Source: Marmoricola sp. (GTDB lineage: Bacteria; Actinomycetota; Actinomycetes; Propionibacteriales; Nocardioidaceae). Taken from it: a stretch of DNA of 64,000 nucleotides. This document shows positions 1-11,400 of this stretch, in pieces. The stretch lies in the NCBI GenBank assembly GCA_046598495.1, contig JBKJIR010000005.1, positions 15,530-79,529 of the forward strand, read 5' to 3'. Position 1 is the first letter of the stretch, and each line of letters opens with the position of its first letter. The position numbers and the translations under genes are program-made. A model generated the notes under the pieces. That model was not told the origin of the DNA. It saw nothing but the letters and a program-made list of their open reading frames with translations, and searched no databases.

Positions 1-12
1 AGAGTTCCTTCC

Positions 13-645
13 TTGCCTGACACGTACGTTCCGAAGCACCGGAACGCACCTCCGAAGCGCACGCGCGCGGGTGCCAGGACCGCCGTCCTGTACTCCGGCG
101 CGGCCCTTTTCGCGACCGGTCTCGTCGTGACCGCCGGGATCTCGGCGAGCTCCGAGACGCCGTACGGCGCGCGGGTGAACCTCTCAGCCGGCAGCGCGCA
201 GCTCAGCGCCGCCGATCTCGCAGACCGAGAAGCGGCGGTCTCCCGGTCGACCGGTGACCGGCGTACAGCGCCCGACACGTTGAAGGTCGCCGAGCTCGGC
301 ACCGGCAAGGGTGCCGCGGTCACCCGCTCCGAGGACCCGGCCCCCACCGACCCGCGGGACCTGGCCAGGTCGTTGCTGCCGAAGTTCGGGATGTCGGCGG
401 CGGACTTCGGCTGCCTCGACAACCTCTGGTCCAGCGAGTCCGGGTGGAACGTGCGCGCCGACAACCCGATGTCCTCGGCGTACGGCATCCCGCAGGCGCT
501 GCCCGGCTCCAAGATGGCCAGTGCCGGTCCTGACTGGCTGACCGACGCCGAGACCCAGATCCGCTGGGGCCTGGGCTACATCGTGGACCGCTACGGAAGC
601 ACCTGCGCGGCGTGGTCCTTCAAGAGCGCCCGCGGCTGGTACTGA
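13..645 (+). CDS. Secreted lytic transglycosylase-like protein (SLT / aggregation-promoting factor C-terminal type)
   Basis: N-terminal hydrophobic anchor; C-terminal ESGWNVRADNPMSSAYGIPQALPGSKM...TQIRWGLGYI..RYG motif typical of actinobacterial SLT-like proteins; TTG start uncertain. Confidence 0.85.
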   Translation: MPDTYVPKHRNAPPKRTRAGARTAVLYSGAALFATGLVVTAGISASSETPYGARVNLSAGSAQLSAADLADREAAVSRSTGDRRTAPDTLKVAELGTGKGAAVTRSEDPAPTDPRDLARSLLPKFGMSAADFGCLDNLWSSESGWNVRADNPMSSAYGIPQALPGSKMASAGPDWLTDAETQIRWGLGYIVDRYGSTCAAWSFKSARGWY

Positions 646-670
646 GCCGACCCGACCCGGGTGCGGCCCT

Positions 671-2062
671 TCACGGGTGCGTCATGCCCTCGACATCCAG
701 GGCGGCGTCCAGCTGTTCGAGGGTGAGGACACCACGCTCGACGTACCCCATCGCCAGGACCTGCTCGCGCACGGTCCGACCCTCGCGGAGGGACTCCTTG
801 GCGACCTTCGCCGCTTCCTCGTAGCCGAGGTACTTGTTCAACGGGGTCACTACCGACGGCGAGGACTCGGCGTACCGGCGCATCCGCTCGACGTCCGCGG
901 TGATGCCGTCGACGCAGCGCTCGGCGAGCAGCCGGGTCGAGGTCGCCAGGATCCGGATCGACTCGAGCAGGTTGCGGGCGATCACCGGCATCATCACGTT
1001 CAGCTCGAAGTTCCCAGCAGCCCCGGCCGTCGTGATCGCGGCGTCGTTCCCGATCACCTGGGCACAGACCATCAGCGTCGCCTCCGGTAGGACCGGGTTC
1101 ACCTTGCCAGGCATGATGCTCGAGCCGGGCTGGAGGTCGGGCAGGTGGATCTCCGCCAGACCGGTGGTCGGTCCCGAGGACATCCAGCGCAGGTCGTTGC
1201 AGATCTTGGTGAGGCCGACCGCGATGGTCCGCAGCACCCCGCTCAGCTCGACCAGGGAGTCCCGGGTGCCCTGGGCCTCGAAGTGGTCGCGGGCCTCGGT
1301 GAAGGGCTGCCCGGTGGCCGCGGCGAGCTCGGCGATGACCTGGGCGGCGAAGCCGGGGGGTGTGTTGATCCCGGTGCCGACCGCGGTCCCGCCGAGCGGG
1401 AGCTCGCGGACGCGGGGGAGCACGGACTCGAGGCGCTCGGTGGCCAGCCGGACGGTGGCGGCATACCCCCCGAGCTCCTGGCCGAGCATCACCGGTGTCG
1501 CGTCCATCAGGTGGGTGCGGCCGGACTTCACCACCCGGGCGAACTCGGTGGCCTTCGCCTCCAGCGCTCCTGCCAGGACGTCGAGCGAGGGCTCCAGGTC
1601 CTCGACCACGGCGAGGGCCGCGGCAACGTGGATCGAGGTCGGGAAGGTGTCGTTGCTCGACTGGCTCGCGTTGACATGGTCGTTGGGGTGGACCTGCAAC
1701 CCGCCCTGCGCCGCGAGGTTGGTGATCACCTCGTTCATGTTCATGTTCGAGCTGGTGCCGGAGCCGGTCTGGAAGACGTCGAGCGGGAAGTTGTCGTTCT
1801 CCAGGCCCTGGGCGACCAGGTCGGCTGCTGCTGAGATCGCCTCTGCCTGCTCGTCGGTGAGGATCCCGAGAGCACCGTTCACCCGGGCGGCCGCGAGCTT
1901 GACCAGGGCCAACGCTTGGATGTGCCGCGGCTCCAGCGTCGTCCCGGAGATGGGGAAGTTCTCGATCGCGCGTTGGGTCTGCGCACCCCAGAGCGCATGC
2001 GACGGGACCTGCACCTCACCCATCGAGTCGTGCTCGATCCGCATGCCTTCGTCGGCGACCAT
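671..2062 (-). CDS. fumC: Class II fumarate hydratase
   Basis: [11 protein letters not shown] signature, [25 protein letters not shown]; 463 aa. Confidence 0.95.
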   Translation of the reverse strand: MVADEGMRIEHDSMGEVQVPSHALWGAQTQRAIENFPISGTTLEPRHIQALALVKLAAARVNGALGILTDEQAEAISAAADLVAQGLENDNFPLDVFQTGSGTSSNMNMNEVITNLAAQGGLQVHPNDHVNASQSSNDTFPTSIHVAAALAVVEDLEPSLDVLAGALEAKATEFARVVKSGRTHLMDATPVMLGQELGGYAATVRLATERLESVLPRVRELPLGGTAVGTGINTPPGFAAQVIAELAAATGQPFTEARDHFEAQGTRDSLVELSGVLRTIAVGLTKICNDLRWMSSGPTTGLAEIHLPDLQPGSSIMPGKVNPVLPEATLMVCAQVIGNDAAITTAGAAGNFELNVMMPVIARNLLESIRILATSTRLLAERCVDGITADVERMRRYAESSPSVVTPLNKYLGYEEAAKVAKESLREGRTVREQVLAMGYVERGVLTLEQLDAALDVEGMTHP

Positions 2063-2071
2063 GCGCCCAGG

Positions 2072-2737
2072 CTACTTGCGGGCCGAGTACAGCCAGTAGC
2101 GCTCGTCCCGACCGCCGAGCGCGACGTCGTACCCGGTCGCGGTGACATTGCCGAAGACGTTCTCCACCGCCGCGGCCAGCTGGGGTGCCTCGGCCGCCGA
2201 CCAGATCGCCAGGACCCGGCCGGTCGCCCGGTGCGCGGCCTGCAGGAACGGCGTCCGGTACAGCACCTCGTTGGCATCGTGCACGAGGTGGTCCGGCCCG
2301 TTACCGACGTCGAGCAGGACGAGGTCGTACGCCGCCTCCGCGGCCTCGGCCAGGGCCATCGCGACGTCCCCGACGACGACCGTGAGCCGCTCGTCGGCGA
2401 GCAGCTGCGGACCGTGCGCGACGGTGCCGTCGCGCATCCAGTCGACGAGGGCCTGCTCCAGCTCCACCACGGTGCAGGCCTCGACCCGCGGGTCCGCGAG
2501 CACCTCGTGCATCGTGAAGCCGAGCCCGAGTCCGCCGACCAGTACGGTGCGGGCGTCCGGTCCCAGGGACAGGGCGGCGTGTGCGAGGGCGCGCTCGGAG
2601 GTGGTCTCCAAGGTGTCCGTCACGAAGACGCCGTTCACCCGCAGCTCCAGCACCGTCGGGGTGTTCTCCTCGCGGCGCTCGCGCAGGAGGATCTCGCCGC
2701 GCGGGGTCTCGGCGCGGGCGATCTCGACGTACTCCAC
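2072..2737 (-). CDS. Spermidine synthase-like SAM-dependent methyltransferase-fold protein
   Basis: VLVGGLGLGFT glycine loop, VVELE, LLDVGNGP, LAIWSA. Confidence 0.75.
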   Translation of the reverse strand: MEYVEIARAETPRGEILLRERREENTPTVLELRVNGVFVTDTLETTSERALAHAALSLGPDARTVLVGGLGLGFTMHEVLADPRVEACTVVELEQALVDWMRDGTVAHGPQLLADERLTVVVGDVAMALAEAAEAAYDLVLLDVGNGPDHLVHDANEVLYRTPFLQAAHRATGRVLAIWSAAEAPQLAAAVENVFGNVTATGYDVALGGRDERYWLYSARK

Positions 2738-2747
2738 CGGGCCGGCG

Positions 2748-4817
2748 CTAGCTGAGCGCGTAGTAGCGGACGACGACGGTGAAGCGGATGACGTCGTACC
2801 GGGAGCCGTACGCGGTCACGAAGCCCCAGACGAAGAACCTGTTCGGGTCCACCAGGCCGGCGGTCGACCGGGTCGGACCGGTGTGGATGCCGTACGGCGA
2901 GGAGATCGCGGTCTCGCTCGTCCACGCGCCCTTGGTGTTGAGGTAGCGCACGATGCCCTTGCTGGCCCGCTTGGCCGTCGCCGCGCCACCGGTGATGTCG
3001 ACCCGGACGTCGACGTACTTCGCGGCGATCGGCAGAGTGACGGCGTGCGCCGTGGAGACCGCGCTCGCGGAGAACGTCTGCGTCGCGCACTTGGTGTTGG
3101 CGTAGAAACCGAGCGATCCCCGGGTGCCGCGGGACGACGGGATCTTCAGCTGCGAGCAGCTGCCGACGAACCGGTCGAACATGCTCCCGCTCGCAGTGAC
3201 CTCCCGGACGAACTTCTTGAGCACCAGCGTCTGCCGCGAGACGGTGACCTGCGTCGAGCTGGCCCCCCGGTTGCCGTCGGTATCGACCGAGGAGATCGAG
3301 AAGGTGCCCGCCGCCACGACCTTGCCGAGGTTGTCGCGGCCGTTCCAGACGGTCCTGTTCACGTTCAGGCTGAGGGTGCGGACGACCTTGCCGCTCACGG
3401 AACGGACGACGAACCCAGTGATCGGGGTCGGGTCGCCGGTCACGTCGATCCGCGTCAGGGTCGGGTAGGCGGTCGTCGCGATCAGCGGGTAGATGGTGCC
3501 GACCGACCGGGTCAGGACCGCTGCCAGCCCCGTCTTGTCGACGGTCACGGTGCCGGTGGCCTCCGCCGGGGGATAGGTGCCGATCGTCGGATCGGTGACG
3601 ACGATGCTGGTGACGACGGTGTAGACCCCGTCCGTCAGAGTCGCGCCACTGACGCCGAACGTCGCAGCGCCGCTCCCGTCCAGAGTCCCTGGCACCGTGG
3701 CGCCGACGCCCGCCACCTCGGTACCTCCCTGCTCCAGGTGCCAGGTCAGCGAGTACGTGCCCGTCCGATCGGTGTTGACGGTGACGGCCGAGACCGGGTT
3801 CGCCTGGGTGATCTTGGTGACCGGCCCGACAGTGACGGACGCGGTCGGACCAGAGCCGTCGACGACGACGGTCCCCGAGGCGGCGGTAGCCGGGAAGTCA
3901 CCGAACTCCGCGTCGTCGGCGACGCTGATGACGACCTCGATGTCGTAGACGCCGTCGAGGAGGCTGCTGCCGTCGATGCTGAACGGGTCGGTCACGCCGG
4001 TGCCGTCCAGCGCCCCGCTGTCGGTCCCCCCTTGTCCGGCCACGAGTGAGCCGTCCTGCTCGAGGGTCCAGGTCAGCTCGTAGGTGCCGGAGGCATCGGT
4101 GGTCACCGTGACGTCCGTGCTCGGGTTGCTCCCGGTCAGGTCGGCGACCTCGTCGACCGTGGCGGTCAGGACCTGGTTCACCACGAGGTCGACCGTCTGG
4201 TCCGGGGAGAACGCGGAACACACCGTGGTGCTGCCGGCCCGGCAGCGGACCAGGCGGACCAGGCCGGACCCGTCGGAGAGGTTGAGCGGGGTGGCCACGT
4301 CGGGGGTAACTGCTGTCTCCAGGTCCGTGCCTGCGTGGTCCCAGACGGCGCGCAGGTCCCCGCCGCCGTCGGGGTCGGTGGCGGTGACCACCGGGTCGTC
4401 GGCGGGGCCGACGGTGGGGTCGGTCGGCCAGGTGACGTCCGGCACGACATCGGTGGGGGTGAAGGTCTCGGCGGAAGGGAGGTCGGGCGAGCAGTCCTCG
4501 GGGTTCACCGGGGTGTCGACCTCGCAGGAAGAGACGTAGACGGGGATCGTGCCGGAGTAGCCCCAGGTCTCGAGGTCGAAGGTGCCGCTCCCCTCGGAGA
4601 GGGTGACGATCTGCCGGGCGACGTCAGTTCCGAGCCGCACGCTCACGTACGGCGCGACGCTGGTCACCGTGCCGGTGACATGGCCGGGGGTGGTCGCGTT
4701 CAGGGACGAGGCGACCGGATCGTCGAGCTCGGCATGTGCCGGGCTCGGGCCCAGCATCGTCACGACCACCGTGGCGATGAGGGCGAAGATCGGCGTACGT
4801 CGGTTCATCCGGTGCAT
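2748..4817 (-). CDS. Secreted multi-Ig-like protein with duplicated ~107-aa module and FlgD-Ig-like domain
   Basis: Start moved to ATG 4817 (or 4808); signal peptide ending SPAHA; Thr/Val-rich beta domains; GKVVRTL...VWNGRDNLGKVVAAGTF FlgD-Ig-like motif. Confidence 0.75.
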   Translation of the reverse strand: MHRMNRRTPIFALIATVVVTMLGPSPAHAELDDPVASSLNATTPGHVTGTVTSVAPYVSVRLGTDVARQIVTLSEGSGTFDLETWGYSGTIPVYVSSCEVDTPVNPEDCSPDLPSAETFTPTDVVPDVTWPTDPTVGPADDPVVTATDPDGGGDLRAVWDHAGTDLETAVTPDVATPLNLSDGSGLVRLVRCRAGSTTVCSAFSPDQTVDLVVNQVLTATVDEVADLTGSNPSTDVTVTTDASGTYELTWTLEQDGSLVAGQGGTDSGALDGTGVTDPFSIDGSSLLDGVYDIEVVISVADDAEFGDFPATAASGTVVVDGSGPTASVTVGPVTKITQANPVSAVTVNTDRTGTYSLTWHLEQGGTEVAGVGATVPGTLDGSGAATFGVSGATLTDGVYTVVTSIVVTDPTIGTYPPAEATGTVTVDKTGLAAVLTRSVGTIYPLIATTAYPTLTRIDVTGDPTPITGFVVRSVSGKVVRTLSLNVNRTVWNGRDNLGKVVAAGTFSISSVDTDGNRGASSTQVTVSRQTLVLKKFVREVTASGSMFDRFVGSCSQLKIPSSRGTRGSLGFYANTKCATQTFSASAVSTAHAVTLPIAAKYVDVRVDITGGAATAKRASKGIVRYLNTKGAWTSETAISSPYGIHTGPTRSTAGLVDPNRFFVWGFVTAYGSRYDVIRFTVVVRYYALS

Positions 4818-4855
4818 GCTAACCCGCAGGTACGACGTTCGGGCAGGATGAGTCC

Positions 4856-5515
4856 ATGCGCTTCCTCGCACTTCCGGCGGGAGTCCTCGCGGTGGTCCTG
4901 GTCGCTTCCTGCGGGGACCAGGCTCTCGCCCCGCGGACGGTCGCCGGTCCCACACCGACCCCGACTGCCACCGGGGTGTGCGACGCCCTGCTTCCGGAGA
5001 AGGCGGTCGAGGACCTCGCCGGACAGGCGCTGCACGCGCCGCGGTTCTCGTCGGTCAAGGCCTTGGGAGAGGTCGAGGTCTGCGAGTGGGTCGCCCGCTT
5101 CGACTCCCGGGCCGGGGTCTCGGCGGCACGGATCCCGGCCTCCGACTGGGTCTCGGTGCTTCCGGTCGTCGTGGACACGCTCCTCGAGTCCGACATGGAG
5201 TTCCCCGGTCGAGAGCGGCTGCGGTCGAGCCTCGCGCTGATCCGCTCGGAGAAGGACTTCGACGACCGCGAGGCCTGCGTGCTGTTCACCACCCTGGCGG
5301 TCGCCACCGGCGAGGGCACGGCCGGCGCCACGGAGACCCTCGTCTACTTCCCGACGTACGAGGAGCCGACCTCGATCATCTTCCAGCAGTGCCGGGACGA
5401 ACGCTTCACCTCGCTCCAGCTGATCGGCCGCGACCTCGTCGCCGGCGAGGAGATCGAGGGCCGGCTCATCGATGCAGTGCTCCAGACGGAGAACAGCCTG
5501 CCGGTCACCAGCTGA
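4856..5515 (+). CDS. Hypothetical lipoprotein
   Basis: Lipobox VLVASC after hydrophobic stretch; four further Cys. Confidence 0.7.
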   Translation: MRFLALPAGVLAVVLVASCGDQALAPRTVAGPTPTPTATGVCDALLPEKAVEDLAGQALHAPRFSSVKALGEVEVCEWVARFDSRAGVSAARIPASDWVSVLPVVVDTLLESDMEFPGRERLRSSLALIRSEKDFDDREACVLFTTLAVATGEGTAGATETLVYFPTYEEPTSIIFQQCRDERFTSLQLIGRDLVAGEEIEGRLIDAVLQTENSLPVTS

Positions 5516-5996
5516 GGGTGCCGGGGGCGCCCTTGAACGGGCCGGTCACCCGGCCGGTCACCCAGCCGCCGTAGAAGCCGCCGGGCTGGGGAGTGACCCG
5601 CTCACCGTCGACGAAGCAGCCGTCCATCGGCGCGGGGTAGAGCGCGACGTGGTCGCGGAGCGCTTCGAACGTGGGTGCCGGGTCCGGGTAGGTCCATGCT
5701 GCCTGCGCGGCGACGACGTCCCCCGCAGCGACGTCGAGATAGGTGGCCGTGCCCTTCCACTCGCAGAAGGAGCTGCCGGGGGACGGTCGCAGGGAGCCTT
5801 GGATGAAGGCCGACCGGGGCAGGTAGTACGTCGGGGGGTGGCTGGTCTCGAGGACGCACCAGGCCTCGGTGGTCTCGACCACCGTGATCCCTCCGAGCAC
5901 CACCAGGACCTGCTCGTGACGTTGCTCGAGCCGGGGCGGTCGCGGGTAGTCCCAGACGGACTCCTGTCCCGGCCCCGGCTCGATGTAGGCGGGCAC
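5505..5996 (-). CDS. DUF427 domain protein
   Basis: GQESVWDYPRPP, VLETSHPPTYY, SFCEWKG, FYGGW; start moved to GTG 5996. Confidence 0.88.
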   Translation of the reverse strand: MPAYIEPGPGQESVWDYPRPPRLEQRHEQVLVVLGGITVVETTEAWCVLETSHPPTYYLPRSAFIQGSLRPSPGSSFCEWKGTATYLDVAAGDVVAAQAAWTYPDPAPTFEALRDHVALYPAPMDGCFVDGERVTPQPGGFYGGWVTGRVTGPFKGAPGTLSW

Positions 5997-6003
5997 TCCG
6001 TGC

Positions 6004-6279
6004 TCAGTCGAACAGCTCGGAGAGCCAGGACTCCTTGCGCTTCGGCTTGTAGTAGCCCTGCTGCGGGCGCTGCTGGTACTGCTGCTGCGGCGGCTGCTGG
6101 TACTGCTGCTGCTGCTGCTGAGGCGGGGGAGTCGGTGCCTGCTGGGTGAGCGAGCGCTCGATGATCTTGTCGAGCTCGCCGCGGTCGAGCCAGACGCCAC
6201 GGCACGTGGGGCAGTAGTCGATCTCGATGCCGCTGCGGTCGCTCATCACCAGGGTGGCGCCGTCGGTGGGGCACTGCAT
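6004..6279 (-). CDS. zf-TFIIB-type zinc-ribbon small protein with Q/Y-rich linker
   Basis: MQCPTD...IEIDYCPTCRGVWLDRGELDKII and SWLSELFD end; AGGAG RBS before ATG 6279. Confidence 0.88.
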   Translation of the reverse strand: MQCPTDGATLVMSDRSGIEIDYCPTCRGVWLDRGELDKIIERSLTQQAPTPPPQQQQQQYQQPPQQQYQQRPQQGYYKPKRKESWLSELFD

Positions 6280-6466
6280 GGGGACTCCTATTTGATGTGG
6301 AGGGTCGTGGGGGGAACGGACGGGAGCGGCGGGGAGTTCCCTCACTCCACGGCATGGTGGGTCGCGAGCACGGTGTGAAGGTCTCGGCGTCGTAGCGTCT
6401 GCCGGACCGGCCGCGGAGCCTCAGGCTAGCGGGATCCGAGCCGGGTGCGCCTCGTTTGCCGGCGCC

Positions 6467-8176
<1,710 letters not shown>

Positions 8177-8298
8177 GGGAAGACTTTAGTCCCCAGGGGA
8201 TCGCGAGATTCGGGTCGGTCCAGGTGGCGCGCGCGTTTCTGCCTCCGAATTCGCATCCCTACATATCAGTTTTTGTGGCGATTAATCGTGTTGAAGGT

Positions 8299-8315
8299 TC
8301 TCAGGAAATTCTCAA
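8299..8315 (+). promoter_or_regulatory. MprA/OmpR-family-like direct-repeat box upstream of giant secreted protein
   Basis: TCTCAG-N5-TCTCAA in an AT-rich intergenic region. Confidence 0.4.
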
Positions 8316-8422
8316 AGTTGGGGTTGTGGAGCCCCAGAAGACGGGTCAATAGTGATTGTCGGTACGGGTGCCGCTCGGCTCGGGCGACGCTTCACAACAA
8401 CTGCGTGGGGCAGGTGTGATCG

Positions 8423-11400
8423 ATGCGTTACAAGTTCCTGGTTTCTGTGATCTCAGTGGCAAGTCTGGGACTCGCCGGTTTCATCAATCCGACGGCCGCA
8501 CTAGCCGTCGCGCCGCCGTCGGTGGATGGTTCAGCGGCTGCATTGCCGACCTGTTCGAACCCTCCCGACGACCCTGATGCCACCCCCGAGAACCGGGACC
8601 GGTTCGTGGAGCTCTGGTCGGCTCGATTCGCAGACCAGGACTGGGCGACCGCGTACGCGAAGCTCGCTGAGACACCTTCGCAGATCCTTGCGGAGGGCTT
8701 CCACGACATGTCCGAGGACGTCCAGGTCTGGCTCGAGGCATGCCTGCTCGACGACCTGCTCGCGATGTCCGGCAAGACCGCGACGGCTGAGGAGCGCGAG
8801 CGCTACCTGGTTGGTCAGCACATGCTCATCTTCGGCAAGAAGACCCTCGAAGAGATGCGCGAGAGCCTCACCGACAAGCCCGAAGACGACCAGGTGCCTC
8901 CCCTGGACCCGAATCACGACTCGGCAACCACTGCGCAGGACCTGGCGGACATGTCGAAGAGACTTGTCTCCGACAAGAGCTTGACCTCCGCCGATCAGCC
9001 GAAGGCCGACGTCACCGCCCCCGAGCAGAAGGTCTCGACCAACTCAGCAACAGAGACCACCCCCAGTCTTCAGCAACTTCTCAACGCACCCCCGGTGGCG
9101 ACCACGTCGAGCCAGCCGCAAACCGCGATGGCACCAGCCAGTTCTCCGTCGGGCCTCGACCCGCACCCGATCACGCAGCTCCCCCTGGTCCCGCTGGTCC
9201 TCGCCGCGGTCGACTCACTGCTGCAGTTGGTGGCGACGATCCAAGGTGTGCTCTTCACACTGCCGGTCGTCAACGTGCTGGCCGCCGGCTTCTACAAGAT
9301 CTGTGCAGAGTCCCCGACGATGCCGTTGAAGTGCAGCATCTCACTGCCGGTCGGGGTGGGAATCCCCGCTGACGTCACCGGAGACGACGTCCCGGACGTG
9401 CTCGGTGCGCTGATGCCGGTCACCAACGTCGCCGATGTCGGGGCGAAGTTCCAGGTCACCCGTCTGAACAACGCCGCCGGCCCGCTGCCTGCACACGTCT
9501 TCGCGGTCTACGACACCCCTGGTTCGGGGAAGAAGCGCATCCAGGTCGGTTTCGACGGCCGCGCGTCGACGCTGGCCTACAACTCCGGTGCCACCTTCAC
9601 CGTGCGCAACGTGCTGCAGGCCCTCGCCGGGGACGTTCAGGTTCGCGCTGTCGTGACCAGCAGCATGCCGGGCTCGACCGAGGCGCTCACCTTCGCGGTG
9701 AAGTCCCTCATCGGCGGTTCCGCAGGCAACCCGCCGACTGAGGCCGACCCCTTGGCCGGCTCGGTGCAGATGAATCCGTTCCCGGAGAAGTTCTGGGTGA
9801 ACGCACGTCTGACCCATACGGCCGCCAAGGATCAGGACACTTTCCAGGTCGAGTCGACCACCCCGACCCGGGTCGATGCCGTCATCAACCAGGCAACGAC
9901 GACGACCACCCCGAAGAGCAACCGTCAGTTCACCGCAACCGTGGACAAGTTGCCGCAGTCCGTGCTGGTCGATCTGGTCCGAGCCGGCGAGAAGCAGAGC
10001 ATCGACTACACCGGTAGCGCGCCGATCAATCTGGTGCGTGCCAGTGACACGGCGACGCCGAACGTCAGTCAGCCCGGTTCGTTCACCGAGAGCATCTATG
10101 AGGTCAAGGGTGTGCCGACGCGCGTCCATGTCGACCTCCTCGGTGGCGAGGACATCGCATACAACGCGAACGCCACCGTGCCCGAAGTCGGGTTCTCTAC
10201 GCGGACGCTCGTGGCGAACGAGCTCCAGCAGCGGATCACAGCGAAGGCACATGGGATTCCCAAGTCGGTCCATGTCGTGAACACGACGACGCCGACGCAG
10301 ACCGCTTTCGCCTATGACGCGGACTCCAACCTGGCCGACGTCGAGCTGACGATGTTCGACCTGGCCGACGACAAGACCGACCTCAGGGCGAAGGCCACCA
10401 GCATCCCGACGCACATGGAGTTCGTCCAGCACAAGGACACCGGGGTCTACGACTTCGCCGCTAACGCGGGAATCGGTCTGATCGAGGCGACCCTGACCCG
10501 CAACGACGGGTTGGTGCTGCCGATGCCGGGCGACCACGCGACGATCTACAAGAGGGACGACGCGCTCGGTGTGGACTTCCGGCTCAGCGGCTTCAAGTCG
10601 GCCCACTTCGACGGGTCCGAGGACACCACCGTCGAGGTTGGCTTGAGCCCGGGTGGTCAGACCTTCGACGTCGTCGCCGACCTGGACGACCCGAACGTTC
10701 TCGCCACCGCACACGTCGGCGCCCTCCCGGCAGACATGAAGGTCACTCTCGACCCTGACGCCGGAGAAGCCGACTACGAGGCATCGAGCATCATCCCGCT
10801 GTTGTCGGCGAGCTTCACCGACCGGGACACCGAGATGTTCGGAAATGCCACGTTGACGGATCTACCGAAGAACATCGGGCTGACCTTCAACACCACAGGA
10901 GACGTTCCGGAGGTCACCTACGACGCGGACTCGCGGTTGGGGTCGATCGACGTCAACTACTCCGAGAAGCCGGGCGGCCTGGCGCTGCACGGCCTGATCA
11001 GCGACCTTCCTCAGTACATGAAGATCGGGGGGATCGACCCGATCGAGTTCGACGCCCGAACGGGACCGCTCGCCCCGAAGGCATCGTCGCACCTGGGCCA
11101 GATCTTCTTCCAGTACGCCACCGACGGGACCTTTGCCAGCCCGCCGACGACCGACGACCACGTCTACCTCGACACTGATGAGGTCGACTCCACGCATGCA
11201 GAGTTGCTCTACACCGGGCTGAAGTACCTCGGTGTGGACACCAGCAACGAGGAACTGCATGCGACGATCAAGAACGCCTCGGCGCGACTGCTCCGGGCCT
11301 ACCTGACGACGCCGACGCTGAGCTTGACCGGGTTCATCGACAAGGTCCCGGCCCAGATCGACATCGCCCAGGTCGGGAACCTGATCTCCTACGACGCCAG

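Noticed and set aside
2290-2320. LLDVGNGP instead of the usual LLDVDNGP in the spermidine-synthase-like protein
   Set aside because: A single substitution recalled from memory; cannot judge inactivation without an alignment
2142-4049. 635-aa plus-strand ORF
   Set aside because: Antisense shadow of real minus-strand genes; long stop-free frames are expected at this GC content
6330-6410. yybP-ykoY riboswitch-like words (GGGGAGT and GAGACCTTC)
   Set aside because: The two words lie on opposite strands, so the canonical 5'-GGGGAGU...GAGACC-3' order cannot be formed
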